IMG/VR virus record: IMGVR_UViG_3300024308_000303
Length of the DNA stretch: 20,000 nt
Source: an uncultured virus (IMG/VR IMGVR_UViG_3300024308_000303)
Lineage: Duplodnaviria > Heunggongvirae > Uroviricota > Caudoviricetes
Reading direction: 5' to 3' (one strand)
Part shown: positions 7,534 through 16,006 of the stretch, piece after piece
How the letters are laid out: each line of letters begins with the position of its first letter
How positions within the stretch are numbered: the first letter of the stretch is position 1
The notes under the pieces: model-generated
Told to the model about the DNA's origin: nothing
What the model saw: the letters and a program-made list of their open reading frames with translations, nothing else
Databases searched by the model: none
Position numbers and translations under genes: made by a program

Positions 7534-8299
7534 AATTAGAAATGAACTTATTGAATTCTTTTTCTGACACTGTATCAAAATGAAACATATATTCTTGTAA
7601 AAGATCACTTTTGAATTTTTCTTTCACAGTTCCACTAAATTTCTTTGGTTCAGAAAACCCAAATGTATTATTAGAATATTCAGATTTGAAATTAAAGGGA
7701 TCATTTGGATTATAACTAATATATGATTCACCATTTTCTTCAATGACAGAAATACCTGCAAGTATGTCTAATTCTTTTTCCTTTTCAAAGCAATAAATTC
7801 CAATATCATAATATAAATTTTTATTAAAATCCACGTCTTTAAAAATTTTATTATCTTTTATAAATGTACCTGACAAAATTATATTTTTATAATAATTTGA
7901 TTTAAATTTAACATCATACTCATTACTGAACAATTTTTCGATATTATTAATCACATCCTGTACATGATTGTTGCCTAAAAAGAACTTGGCAGCCTCAATA
8001 CCAGGGCGATTGACGAAACGCATGTCACAAAGGGAAAAACTATATTGATTTGGGGTTTCATCGGAAAACCCTGACAAATAAAGATGGATAGAAAGTTCGT
8101 CAGAACCCAAAAGACATTTCAATTTATATGAAGATCCATCACCTTTAACTCGATATAAATTTTTTTCAGGTATGATTCTTATACAATTAATATTAAATTT
8201 ACTAAATAAATAATCTTTAATATCTTTTTTAAATTGTTTACATAAAGACATTGCGGGCACATAAATGAAATCTTCAGATTTATTTAATTCATTATTCAT
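7532..8299 (-). CDS. Hypothetical protein (255 aa)
   Basis: Long ORF with an upstream promoter. Confidence 0.85.
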   Translation of the reverse strand: MNNELNKSEDFIYVPAMSLCKQFKKDIKDYLFSKFNINCIRIIPEKNLYRVKGDGSSYKLKCLLGSDELSIHLYLSGFSDETPNQYSFSLCDMRFVNRPGIEAAKFFLGNNHVQDVINNIEKLFSNEYDVKFKSNYYKNIILSGTFIKDNKIFKDVDFNKNLYYDIGIYCFEKEKELDILAGISVIEENGESYISYNPNDPFNFKSEYSNNTFGFSEPKKFSGTVKEKFKSDLLQEYMFHFDTVSEKEFNKFISN

Positions 8300-8331
8300 A
8301 ATTTAGCTCACTATAGAATTTTGAGTTTTAT

Positions 8332-8360
8332 ATAATACAGCATAATACTTGATTATTCAA
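8332..8360 (-). promoter_or_regulatory. sigma70-like promoter
   Basis: TTGAAT-N17-TATTAT. Confidence 0.6.
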
Positions 8361-8373
8361 GTAAAATTATAAT

Positions 8374-9108
8374 TCAATATAAAATTATTTTTATTAAATC
8401 AATTTCATTTTGTGTAAATTGCATTCTGTGTAGCAAAGATTTATCAATGTTAGTATAGCTTTCAAAAAAAAAGGCATCCATCGAATAAAAAATTTGTTTT
8501 CTATCCAAAAAATATAGTATGTTATTATGTACCAATAAAAGACAACTTGGAATAATATCAAAAAAGAGAAATGCTGATTCATCATTAACGAGCTTTAACA
8601 CAGATAAATCGTGTGAATTCTCAAATAACCAGTCAGTATATTTGAAATATATGGAAGTTATCATGCCTACTTTGAAATCATAATTTTCATGGACTAATAA
8701 TGAAGGTCTATCTATATATTGATTATTATCATTGTCAAAATATATTTTAGAATCAATACCAACACCATAATGACCATTATGATAGCTTGGTTGATAAACA
8801 AAAACAATTTTCATACCATGAATAAAGTTTTTCTTTAAATAATTTAATATTAAATGTTTAATCAATTCTAAGTTAGATTCTATACTTATCAAATGCTCAA
8901 ATCTAATATCAAAAAAATATTCACCAAATATTATTCTTTCAATATTTAAATTAAAATCATTAACAGTAGAAATAATTGCATAATTATAAGAAACTATCTT
9001 TGTATTAGTTATTGGTCTAATTACAGGTACAGACGTAGCACCTTGAATGAAGTATTCAGGAACCATGCTTTCAAAGTATACTTCTGAGTTATTAATTGGC
9101 CTAATCAT
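8374..9108 (-). CDS. Hypothetical protein (244 aa) with shared C-terminal motif (IDLIKIILY)
   Basis: Long ORF, operon-packed. Confidence 0.85.
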   Translation of the reverse strand: MIRPINNSEVYFESMVPEYFIQGATSVPVIRPITNTKIVSYNYAIISTVNDFNLNIERIIFGEYFFDIRFEHLISIESNLELIKHLILNYLKKNFIHGMKIVFVYQPSYHNGHYGVGIDSKIYFDNDNNQYIDRPSLLVHENYDFKVGMITSIYFKYTDWLFENSHDLSVLKLVNDESAFLFFDIIPSCLLLVHNNILYFLDRKQIFYSMDAFFFESYTNIDKSLLHRMQFTQNEIDLIKIILY

Positions 9109-9112
9109 GTTA

Positions 9113-9796
9113 CTAGGTTTTCGAGTTTAAAAAAGTTTTTCTTATGATATAAGGCATGTTCTTAATTTCTTCATTATAAATCAATTGAAGTTCTCCCTGA
9201 TATTTAGCAACTTCTTCCTTTTTACTAGTAAACAAGCCTCTCATACGATTTGTAAGAAGATCTGGTTTATGTTTTACATTCATTTTCATTGAATATAGTT
9301 CATCTTGTAAACTTTTAATTTTTTCTTTAAGTTCCACAACACGCTTAATAAGCTTACGAACTGTTTTGCTGACTTCTTGTTCAGTAACATGTTTACTTTG
9401 TTTAATTCCAAATAACTTCACAAAAAAATCAATGGATGGATTTTTCAAAAATTCTTTAAGTTTAGGTCTAAATTCATTAATAGAATAACCATTGGAATAA
9501 TCAACCGCCCCACGAATACCCGCCCCAGCCCTAATGACAGTTTCTCCTTGTTTGAAATCAAAAGCTAATGAAATTGTATTGACATGTCGCATATTTGATT
9601 TTTCATCACGATAAGTCTCACCAGAACCTAACACTAATAGATAATCAAATGATATAGGTCTTTTATAATATGTTTTCGCACCACCAAAACTATAACCACC
9701 AGACCGACCATTTAATTCAAAATGAGAAAAGCCTTCTAATTCCTTTAAAGTAGAAATTTCAGTTTTCAACAGTTGCATAGGCGTTATTTTATTCAA
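9113..9796 (-). CDS. Hypothetical protein (227 aa, TTG start) with C-terminal coiled coil
   Basis: Long ORF with a heptad-like K/E/L region near the C-terminus. Confidence 0.8.
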   Translation of the reverse strand: MNKITPMQLLKTEISTLKELEGFSHFELNGRSGGYSFGGAKTYYKRPISFDYLLVLGSGETYRDEKSNMRHVNTISLAFDFKQGETVIRAGAGIRGAVDYSNGYSINEFRPKLKEFLKNPSIDFFVKLFGIKQSKHVTEQEVSKTVRKLIKRVVELKEKIKSLQDELYSMKMNVKHKPDLLTNRMRGLFTSKKEEVAKYQGELQLIYNEEIKNMPYIIRKTFLNSKT

Positions 9797-9840
9797 AAGA
9801 TATGTCTCACAAAAAATAAAAAATTACAATAAATGGGAAA

Positions 9841-10230
9841 TTAGTTATCACATACTGCATCCCATTCAAGTTCACGTAAATGAGCTTCCAGAATCATAGC
9901 CGCTTCACAAGTAATGAAAACAGAATGATCTTGAATAAGACGTACTTCAAGTGGTCTTTCACATTCCACACTATATCCATATTTTTCAAAAAGCTCAACA
10001 GTTGAAAGCCTCGGTTTAGAAACTTCCAATTCATCTTCTTCTCGTTCAAGCAATTCAATAACAAGTAAGCTCAATACAACAGGAGAATTTTTGATTTTAG
10101 ATCCATCAACTGAACTAACAGAAAATTGTGTATCATTAGTGAAGTTATTAACAGTCCAGCCATGACGCTTTAAAAGATTTCTAATTTCTTTATCTTCATT
10201 AAGATTGTAAGTTTTAATTGCACTATTCAT
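9841..10230 (-). CDS. Hypothetical protein (129 aa)
   Basis: AGGAG SD overlapping the upstream TAG. Confidence 0.85.
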   Translation of the reverse strand: MNSAIKTYNLNEDKEIRNLLKRHGWTVNNFTNDTQFSVSSVDGSKIKNSPVVLSLLVIELLEREEDELEVSKPRLSTVELFEKYGYSVECERPLEVRLIQDHSVFITCEAAMILEAHLRELEWDAVCDN

Positions 10231-10238
10231 ATAAACTC

Positions 10239-10928
10239 CTATAATTCTTGCATTGATTTTAGTTCAACAAGTTCTGGTAAACTTTTCATCATTTCATTAA
10301 TATTTGAACAATTGTATTCTTTTTCATTAATAAATTCAAGAACAAAATTATCAATGGAAAATTTACTCAACAAATACTCTTTAGAAAAATTTTTATAATT
10401 AACTGAAACATAACTCTCACCACCCTTCATCCGTATATAAAATGACAATTTAAATTGCATGCCATAATAGGTTACAAAAACAGGATAGTGTTGATGTTTA
10501 CCCAAATTTATATAAGGAACATCAATATCAGAAACATATTTATGCTTGTAAAGTGTAGTAAATAATTGATGAAAAATATGTTTATTTGTTCCATACTTAA
10601 ACGAATAATACATATTCAGATATAGAATAGCATTTTTTGATTTTCCTTTTTCTTTTGATTCAATGAAACTAAGAATTAGTCTATTAGGAAAATAATCATT
10701 ATATTCTATTTCATAATCATAAGGTAAAGACATCACAATATTTAAGTTCAAAATATAATAATGAGAACCATCAGCAAATAATTTAGCATTTTTAAAATAT
10801 TCTGTTACATAAGAATAAGTATCCTTATGAACAGAATTCTTTTCAACAATAAAAAGAGAATTGATATTTACAGAAGGATAGAACTCCTTAATCAAATCAA
10901 TTTCTTTCAATGGAATAATCGTTTTCAC
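10239..10928 (-). CDS. Hypothetical protein (229 aa, GTG start) with shared C-terminal motif (VELKSMQEL)
   Basis: Start overlaps the upstream stop (GTGA). Confidence 0.85.
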   Translation of the reverse strand: MKTIIPLKEIDLIKEFYPSVNINSLFIVEKNSVHKDTYSYVTEYFKNAKLFADGSHYYILNLNIVMSLPYDYEIEYNDYFPNRLILSFIESKEKGKSKNAILYLNMYYSFKYGTNKHIFHQLFTTLYKHKYVSDIDVPYINLGKHQHYPVFVTYYGMQFKLSFYIRMKGGESYVSVNYKNFSKEYLLSKFSIDNFVLEFINEKEYNCSNINEMMKSLPELVELKSMQEL

Positions 10929-11140
10929 AATAATCCCTGATCTTTCAATTGAAGCTCAATTTCAAGCAGAGCAGCAGTTACTTGATCATCAAAATCAAGT
11001 TCTATCAGTGCTGTCTTTTCAATGGCATCAAAATCTAAAGCATCGAATGCTTCATCAATTTGAACTTCGGTAAAATCTTTGTTGTTTTTCCTGAAAACAT
11101 TTTCGACATCATCTTGTGTAATTTCAAAAGCTAGCGACAT
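10925..11140 (-). CDS. Small acidic helical protein (71 aa from MSLAFEIT)
   Basis: GGTGG before ATG 11140. The longer track start (11275) overlaps the real upstream gene. About 19 D/E versus 5 K/R. Confidence 0.8.
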   Translation of the reverse strand: MSLAFEITQDDVENVFRKNNKDFTEVQIDEAFDALDFDAIEKTALIELDFDDQVTAALLEIELQLKDQGLL

Positions 11141-11348
11141 AATTCCACCGTTGAGAATAAGAATGAGTTTGTGGTTTATGCTCTGGTTGACGCTCAACCA
11201 TTGCGTAAAGTTTAGGGTCAAACAAATGTTGAATATGATTGTTTTCAGTTTCTGGTTTAGGAGTGATACTTTCATAGACTGAAAGCAGTTGTTGACGAAT
11301 TTTCAAAAAATCTTCATGATTGCGATAAGGGATGCCAACAATATTCAT
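11124..11348 (-). CDS. Hypothetical protein (74 aa)
   Basis: AGGAG 7 nt before ATG, directly after a promoter. Confidence 0.75.
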   Translation of the reverse strand: MNIVGIPYRNHEDFLKIRQQLLSVYESITPKPETENNHIQHLFDPKLYAMVERQPEHKPQTHSYSQRWNYVASF

Positions 11349-11378
11349 GGTGTAGCTCCTGTTCTATTTTGAGATTTG

Positions 11379-11407
11379 ATTATAACAAATAAAACAGGAG
11401 AATACAA
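11379..11407 (-). promoter_or_regulatory. sigma70-like promoter
   Basis: TTGTAT-N17-TATAAT with TG extension. Confidence 0.75.
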
Positions 11408-11415
11408 TCAATATT

Positions 11416-12120
11416 TCACTGTGGCGAACCCATAAATGCTGGCATTACCTTATCTGCCAACTTACCGTTTTGTTTAGCATTTTTAAGCCAATGATCGGAA
11501 TCATCTTGAACATGGTTTGCCCGAACAAATTTAGCCACACAGTTTTTGAAGTCATTTCGGAAGAAACCATCAACAGTACGAATTACATAACCTTCGGAAA
11601 GGTCAAAGTTGATTGTCTTTTGAAGATTCATTAAAACTTTCTCATCATACAACCCACGGTACAATACTTTTGGCATAGGCAAATCAAAAAGTTCTGCATA
11701 TTCCACAATATCATCGTAATCGAGGCAATAATCATCTTCTGAACCTTCTACATCACTCCAGATGGAAAAGAGGTAGAAATAGCTATTCAATGAATTATCT
11801 GGGTAACGAATAGCATGTTCTGCAAATAAGTTTTCACCAACAATTTTCATATTGTCAGGAATATCATAACGCAAAGCAGAATGCATTTTAGTAACCCAAG
11901 CACGAGTCCAATTTGAAGGGCTATCCAAACTACGTGCATGAATGAAGTCACGCGACATGGTGGTGTTTTCACCATCAAGCTTTTCTGTAACAACAATCAT
12001 TTTCCCTTCAAGATGACGCATATTAGGAAACACTTTATCATCAGATTGAATGCCCAAACTCCATGGAACATGATGTGTCTTAGGGAATTTTCTTTTTGAT
12101 ACACTGGCTGATGCTTTCAT
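11416..12120 (-). CDS. ATP-dependent RNA ligase (stand-alone nucleotidyltransferase domain, Rnl2-like / RNA_ligase family)
   Basis: Motif I TEKLDGEN, III GEN, IIIa FYLFSIW, IV EGYVIR, V AKFVR. N-terminal KFPKTHHVPWS is typical of this family. Confidence 0.9.
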   Translation of the reverse strand: MKASASVSKRKFPKTHHVPWSLGIQSDDKVFPNMRHLEGKMIVVTEKLDGENTTMSRDFIHARSLDSPSNWTRAWVTKMHSALRYDIPDNMKIVGENLFAEHAIRYPDNSLNSYFYLFSIWSDVEGSEDDYCLDYDDIVEYAELFDLPMPKVLYRGLYDEKVLMNLQKTINFDLSEGYVIRTVDGFFRNDFKNCVAKFVRANHVQDDSDHWLKNAKQNGKLADKVMPAFMGSPQ

Positions 12121-12152
12121 TTTCGTATACTCTTATTTTCTAAAGTCTGTGT

Positions 12153-12215
12153 AGTATATCAAAAATAATCTCTTGAGTCAATTGTCTTGCTAAAAAGGCT
12201 TTATTTTGATATAAT
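12153..12215. promoter_or_regulatory. Back-to-back divergent sigma70-like promoters
   Basis: Minus strand TTGACT-N17-TATACT (12181-12153). Plus strand TTGCTA-N17-TATAAT (12187-12215). Both have a TG extension. Confidence 0.8.
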
Positions 12216-12239
12216 CATCCAATCAAATAGAATGAGGTT

Positions 12240-12848
12240 ATGACAATGCGTAAAATTTTTTATCCATCGGTAATTATGCTTTTGTTAGCTATTGCTGCAT
12301 TGATTGGTTATTACGTTGAAACCAAATCATTTATTCCATTAATTGCCACTGTACCAATGGTTCTTGGAAGTGGCTTTCTTGTTTATGTCACATTCAAAAG
12401 AAATTTGAACATCATTAGATCAGAGTTTCATTATATAGTGATGGCTTTTTGTTATGGTATGTATTCCGTAGGATTGGGGCGATATGACCATACAGTTTTA
12501 GCTTTCGTAGTCATTGCTGCTGCTGTCAGCTATCTTGCATATTCTGATTTCAAATGCTTTGAAAAGGAATATCAAGAAAATGAACTGACTAAACAACTTG
12601 GTGTAGCACCAGATTATATCTATTATCGTGGTTGTGATTTTAGAGCACTCAAAGAAATGATTCATAAAAAATATAGTAGAGAAAAAGACAAGGTTGAATA
12701 TCGTCATAATGGTATTATATTTGATCGATTGGGTATTAAAAATGGGCCAAGTTACGATGTTTTAAAACGTTATTTCCAAGAAACAGAAACACACCCCAAA
12801 GACTTTAAAAAAGAAGATATTGAAGTCTTAAACATGTATACTATTTAA
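12240..12848 (+). CDS. Four-TM membrane protein with soluble C-terminal domain and shared C-terminal motif (IEVLNMYTI)
   Basis: Four hydrophobic segments in the first ~100 aa. GAGG SD (ATG 12246 is an alternative start). Confidence 0.85.
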   Translation: MTMRKIFYPSVIMLLLAIAALIGYYVETKSFIPLIATVPMVLGSGFLVYVTFKRNLNIIRSEFHYIVMAFCYGMYSVGLGRYDHTVLAFVVIAAAVSYLAYSDFKCFEKEYQENELTKQLGVAPDYIYYRGCDFRALKEMIHKKYSREKDKVEYRHNGIIFDRLGIKNGPSYDVLKRYFQETETHPKDFKKEDIEVLNMYTI

Positions 12849-12859
12849 TCAAGGATATC

Positions 12860-13831
12860 ATGATGATAAATGAACAGGTTATTAAAACAATTAATGAACG
12901 TGCTGACATTTTAAAAGAAATCATGCATCGTATTTGTATGCCATATGCTCTGATTGAATCACATATCAGAGATATTAAAAATACAAATGTATTGAGATAT
13001 AAATGGCCAATTCCGGGTGTTGATAAAAACATCGTTTATGAATTTGATAAACATGAGATTGATTATAAAGTACAAAACTCAACTATTGAACTGGAAAGTG
13101 GTCGTTTATTTGTAATGTTTGATCAAGATTTCAAATTAACTGGAATTGAAGCTGAATATAAAGTAGCTAATAATTATGTTTTTTGTGTAAAATATGATGA
13201 AAAAGCTGAATACAAAGGTGTGAGTGCCAGACATTATCGATATACCAAAGAAGAAATTGTAGAAAAAATAAACAATATTTTCAACAAACTTGAAACAAAG
13301 TTTAAAACAAAATCTTCTGCTATACAGGAAATGAAAGATTCTAACTACACTATTGTTAATGAAACTTCCAACTGTACTGAAATAATGTACCAAGATAATA
13401 ATGGGTTAATGAATCCATCAAGAAATATTGTAACAGAAGCCGTAGAACCACCATATGACTTCATGAAAGGTGTGACTGCATATTTTACACTATCATTTGA
13501 TGGTGATATGAATATTGAAAAAATGTATTTTGCAAGCAACGCTTATAGAAAGAATGAAGCCGTAAAATACACCCTACATTACAATAAAGATTTAAAAATC
13601 GAATCATTAAATTGTATCCATATAAAAAACAAAATAAAATCAGTAATAACAATTCATCCAGAAGGACTAAGTGAGCAAGAAGTCTTATTTAATCTTGAGA
13701 TAAAAAGATTAATAGACCAGTCAGTAGAAGCAAGAGAACTGTTGCCAGAATATACAACAGTAGGCGTATATGATTTTAATAATGATTCTTTTAACCAAAG
13801 AATTGAATTACTTAAAATGATGATGTTTTAA
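12860..13831 (+). CDS. Hypothetical protein (323 aa), probable paralog of 13841..14482, with shared C-terminal motif (IELLKMMMF)
   Basis: AGGA SD, long ORF, C-terminal similarity to the next gene. Confidence 0.9.
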   Translation: MMINEQVIKTINERADILKEIMHRICMPYALIESHIRDIKNTNVLRYKWPIPGVDKNIVYEFDKHEIDYKVQNSTIELESGRLFVMFDQDFKLTGIEAEYKVANNYVFCVKYDEKAEYKGVSARHYRYTKEEIVEKINNIFNKLETKFKTKSSAIQEMKDSNYTIVNETSNCTEIMYQDNNGLMNPSRNIVTEAVEPPYDFMKGVTAYFTLSFDGDMNIEKMYFASNAYRKNEAVKYTLHYNKDLKIESLNCIHIKNKIKSVITIHPEGLSEQEVLFNLEIKRLIDQSVEARELLPEYTTVGVYDFNNDSFNQRIELLKMMMF

Positions 13832-13840
13832 GGTTGCAAA

Positions 13841-14482
13841 ATGAATAAAGTAAACATTAAAGACTTAATGAAAAAATATATGGATGGATCACAAAGCCCA
13901 AATAAAAATGATGCTGTTCTTTTGCATGAGCAAAAAATAGCCAGAAACTCTACTTTTTTTATGCCAATTACTAATAGCACAGTAGTAAATAATGATTTTA
14001 TAAAATCAAATAAAGATTTATTTAAAAAAGAGCTATTGAAAATTTTTTCTTTAACAGGATCTATATTGCTGGAAAATGTAAAATCTGGATTTAAGCATTG
14101 TATTATTGATCATTGCATAGAAGAAGTTTTTGTAAGCTATGATTATACAAATGGAATAGAAAACAAAACCATTAAATCTTTTGAAATTGTCCATAAAGAT
14201 AAATCTAAAAGAAATCAAATAAGATATATATACAATTCAGATTTAACATTAGAATGTATTAATTATCAGAAGCTTGGTCAATATGGTATAGTATTTGGTA
14301 TTACGGATATTGATATGTGTTTTTCACCTAATGATGAATACTATGAAGTTATCATTAAAGCTCACATACTAGAAGAAAAGATTGTAAAAGAAGTATTGCC
14401 TGAAAGCATAATTCCATCTGCTTACAAATTTGATGAAGATTGGAAAAAACGAGTTGAATTATTTAAAATGATGTTCTTATAA
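13841..14482 (+). CDS. Hypothetical protein (213 aa) with shared C-terminal motif (VELFKMMFL)
   Basis: AAGG SD, operon-packed. Confidence 0.9.
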   Translation: MNKVNIKDLMKKYMDGSQSPNKNDAVLLHEQKIARNSTFFMPITNSTVVNNDFIKSNKDLFKKELLKIFSLTGSILLENVKSGFKHCIIDHCIEEVFVSYDYTNGIENKTIKSFEIVHKDKSKRNQIRYIYNSDLTLECINYQKLGQYGIVFGITDIDMCFSPNDEYYEVIIKAHILEEKIVKEVLPESIIPSAYKFDEDWKKRVELFKMMFL

Positions 14483-14510
14483 TTGACAAAACATAACTGC
14501 AATTTATAAT
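14483..14510 (+). promoter_or_regulatory. Consensus sigma70 promoter
   Basis: TTGACA-N16-TATAAT. Confidence 0.8.
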
Positions 14511-14539
14511 GAATAAACCAGAAAATAAGGAGTTTTTCA

Positions 14540-14749
14540 ATGCAATATTTTAATGATAAAGGCGAGTTCGCAAGAGTTAATGTATTTGATAGAGATGGAT
14601 TTATTTTACAAGATGTACAAAAAGAACTAAATAACGTACATATCAATTCATACCCAGCACGTTCTGATTTAGTTAAATGTTATTATGCCATAAAAATTTG
14701 GCCATCAATGACCAGTTCTACACATTCTGCTATTTTTGCAAAAATATAA
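14540..14749 (+). CDS. Hypothetical protein (69 aa)
   Basis: TAAGGAG SD, own promoter and terminator. Confidence 0.85.
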   Translation: MQYFNDKGEFARVNVFDRDGFILQDVQKELNNVHINSYPARSDLVKCYYAIKIWPSMTSSTHSAIFAKI

Positions 14750-14768
14750 GCCTCTGATGAGGCTTTTC
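14748..14768 (+). terminator. Intrinsic terminator
   Basis: AAGCCTC-TGAT-GAGGCTT followed by TT. Confidence 0.65.
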
Positions 14769-14770
14769 TA

Positions 14771-14799
14771 TTGCAAATATTCTTTTAATTTAGTATAAT
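14771..14799 (+). promoter_or_regulatory. sigma70-like promoter
   Basis: TTGCAA-N17-TATAAT. Confidence 0.8.
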
Positions 14800-14833
14800 C
14801 CCGCCATTAACAAATCCGTTCAAGGAGTAAAAA

Positions 14834-15922
14834 ATGGAATTGTACGTAATTGGTATCCCTATTGCTATTTTTCTTCCACTAATCGCTCGGCTTATATTCC
14901 CTCACAAGGTCACTTTGAAGGAATATTTAATGGTTTCTGGTATCAACATCGTCGTGTTGCTATTTGTATCAATGGCAATGAACATTTCATCAACTTATGA
15001 CACTGAAGTCTGGAGTGGTGAAGTGACTGAAAAATATTCCAAAAGAGTAAGTTGTGAACATTCTTACGACTGTAACTGCCGTGATGAACGTACCGGCACT
15101 GACAGTAAAGGTAATCCTACTTATTCCAGAGTATGTGACACATGCTATGAACATGCCTATGATGTAAATTGGGTTGTTAGAAGTAACGTTGGTTACGAAA
15201 TTATTAGTCGAGTAGACCGCCGTGGACTGAAAGAACCACCTCGTTATAGTAAAGTTCAAATTGGTGAACCATATGCTACTACTTATGGATTTAAAAACTA
15301 TATTCTGGCATCACCAGATACATTGTTTGTGAACTCTATGTCATTAGTAGAAAATTACAAAGGTATTATGCCAGCGTATCCAAGTATTTTTGACTACTAT
15401 AGAATCAACCGTGTTATTGGTATTGATAAAGCTGTTGACCCTGATTTAAATATCATGCTAAATGACCAAATGCGTAAATGGGGGCCAACTAAACAAGCTA
15501 ACATCATTGTTGTAGTTGTCAGTGAGAAATACACTCAAGAATTCTATGAGGCACTTCAAGCTCATTGGAAAGGTGGTAAAAAGAATGATGTAGTTATTGT
15601 CGTTCAAGTTGATCAATCTAATAAAGTTGGTTGGACTCGCGTATTCTCTCGTGCTGATCAAGGTGTATTTGATAAATCAGTTGAATATGATGTAAATAAT
15701 ATGGGAACATTTGATTCAAGGAAATTCGTAGACATTGTTAATCAAAATGTTAAAGAACGTTTCCATAGAGTAAACTTTGAAAAGTTCAAGTATCTGCTAG
15801 ATGATTATCGTCCATCTTACAAGGCAATCTTTATTGGACTTATCTTTGCACTTCTTATCAATATTGGACTTAACATTTTCATCGTGAAACAAGATGTTTT
15901 TGGTGATGAAAATAGAAGATAA
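14834..15922 (+). CDS. Membrane protein (362 aa): two N-terminal TMs, Cys-rich hairpin, TPM-like alpha/beta domain, C-terminal TM
   Basis: CEHSYDCNC...CDTCYEH. ANIIVVVV...WKGGKKNDVVIVV resembles the TPM-domain core (WxxGxKxxdnGvlilv). AGGAG SD. Confidence 0.7.
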   Translation: MELYVIGIPIAIFLPLIARLIFPHKVTLKEYLMVSGINIVVLLFVSMAMNISSTYDTEVWSGEVTEKYSKRVSCEHSYDCNCRDERTGTDSKGNPTYSRVCDTCYEHAYDVNWVVRSNVGYEIISRVDRRGLKEPPRYSKVQIGEPYATTYGFKNYILASPDTLFVNSMSLVENYKGIMPAYPSIFDYYRINRVIGIDKAVDPDLNIMLNDQMRKWGPTKQANIIVVVVSEKYTQEFYEALQAHWKGGKKNDVVIVVQVDQSNKVGWTRVFSRADQGVFDKSVEYDVNNMGTFDSRKFVDIVNQNVKERFHRVNFEKFKYLLDDYRPSYKAIFIGLIFALLINIGLNIFIVKQDVFGDENRR

Positions 15923-15932
15923 AAATTATTAA

Positions 15933-15967
15933 AAGGTGTTGCAAAACACCTTAATAATTGATAGAAT
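15933..15967 (+). promoter_or_regulatory. Promoter whose -35 lies at the centre of an inverted repeat
   Basis: TTGCAA-N17-TAGAAT, with AAGGTGTT-GCAA-AACACCTT at 15933-15952. Confidence 0.7.
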
Positions 15968-16006
15968 ACAAACCTCAAAACACAAGACTCTAAGGAGAGT
16001 ATTTAA

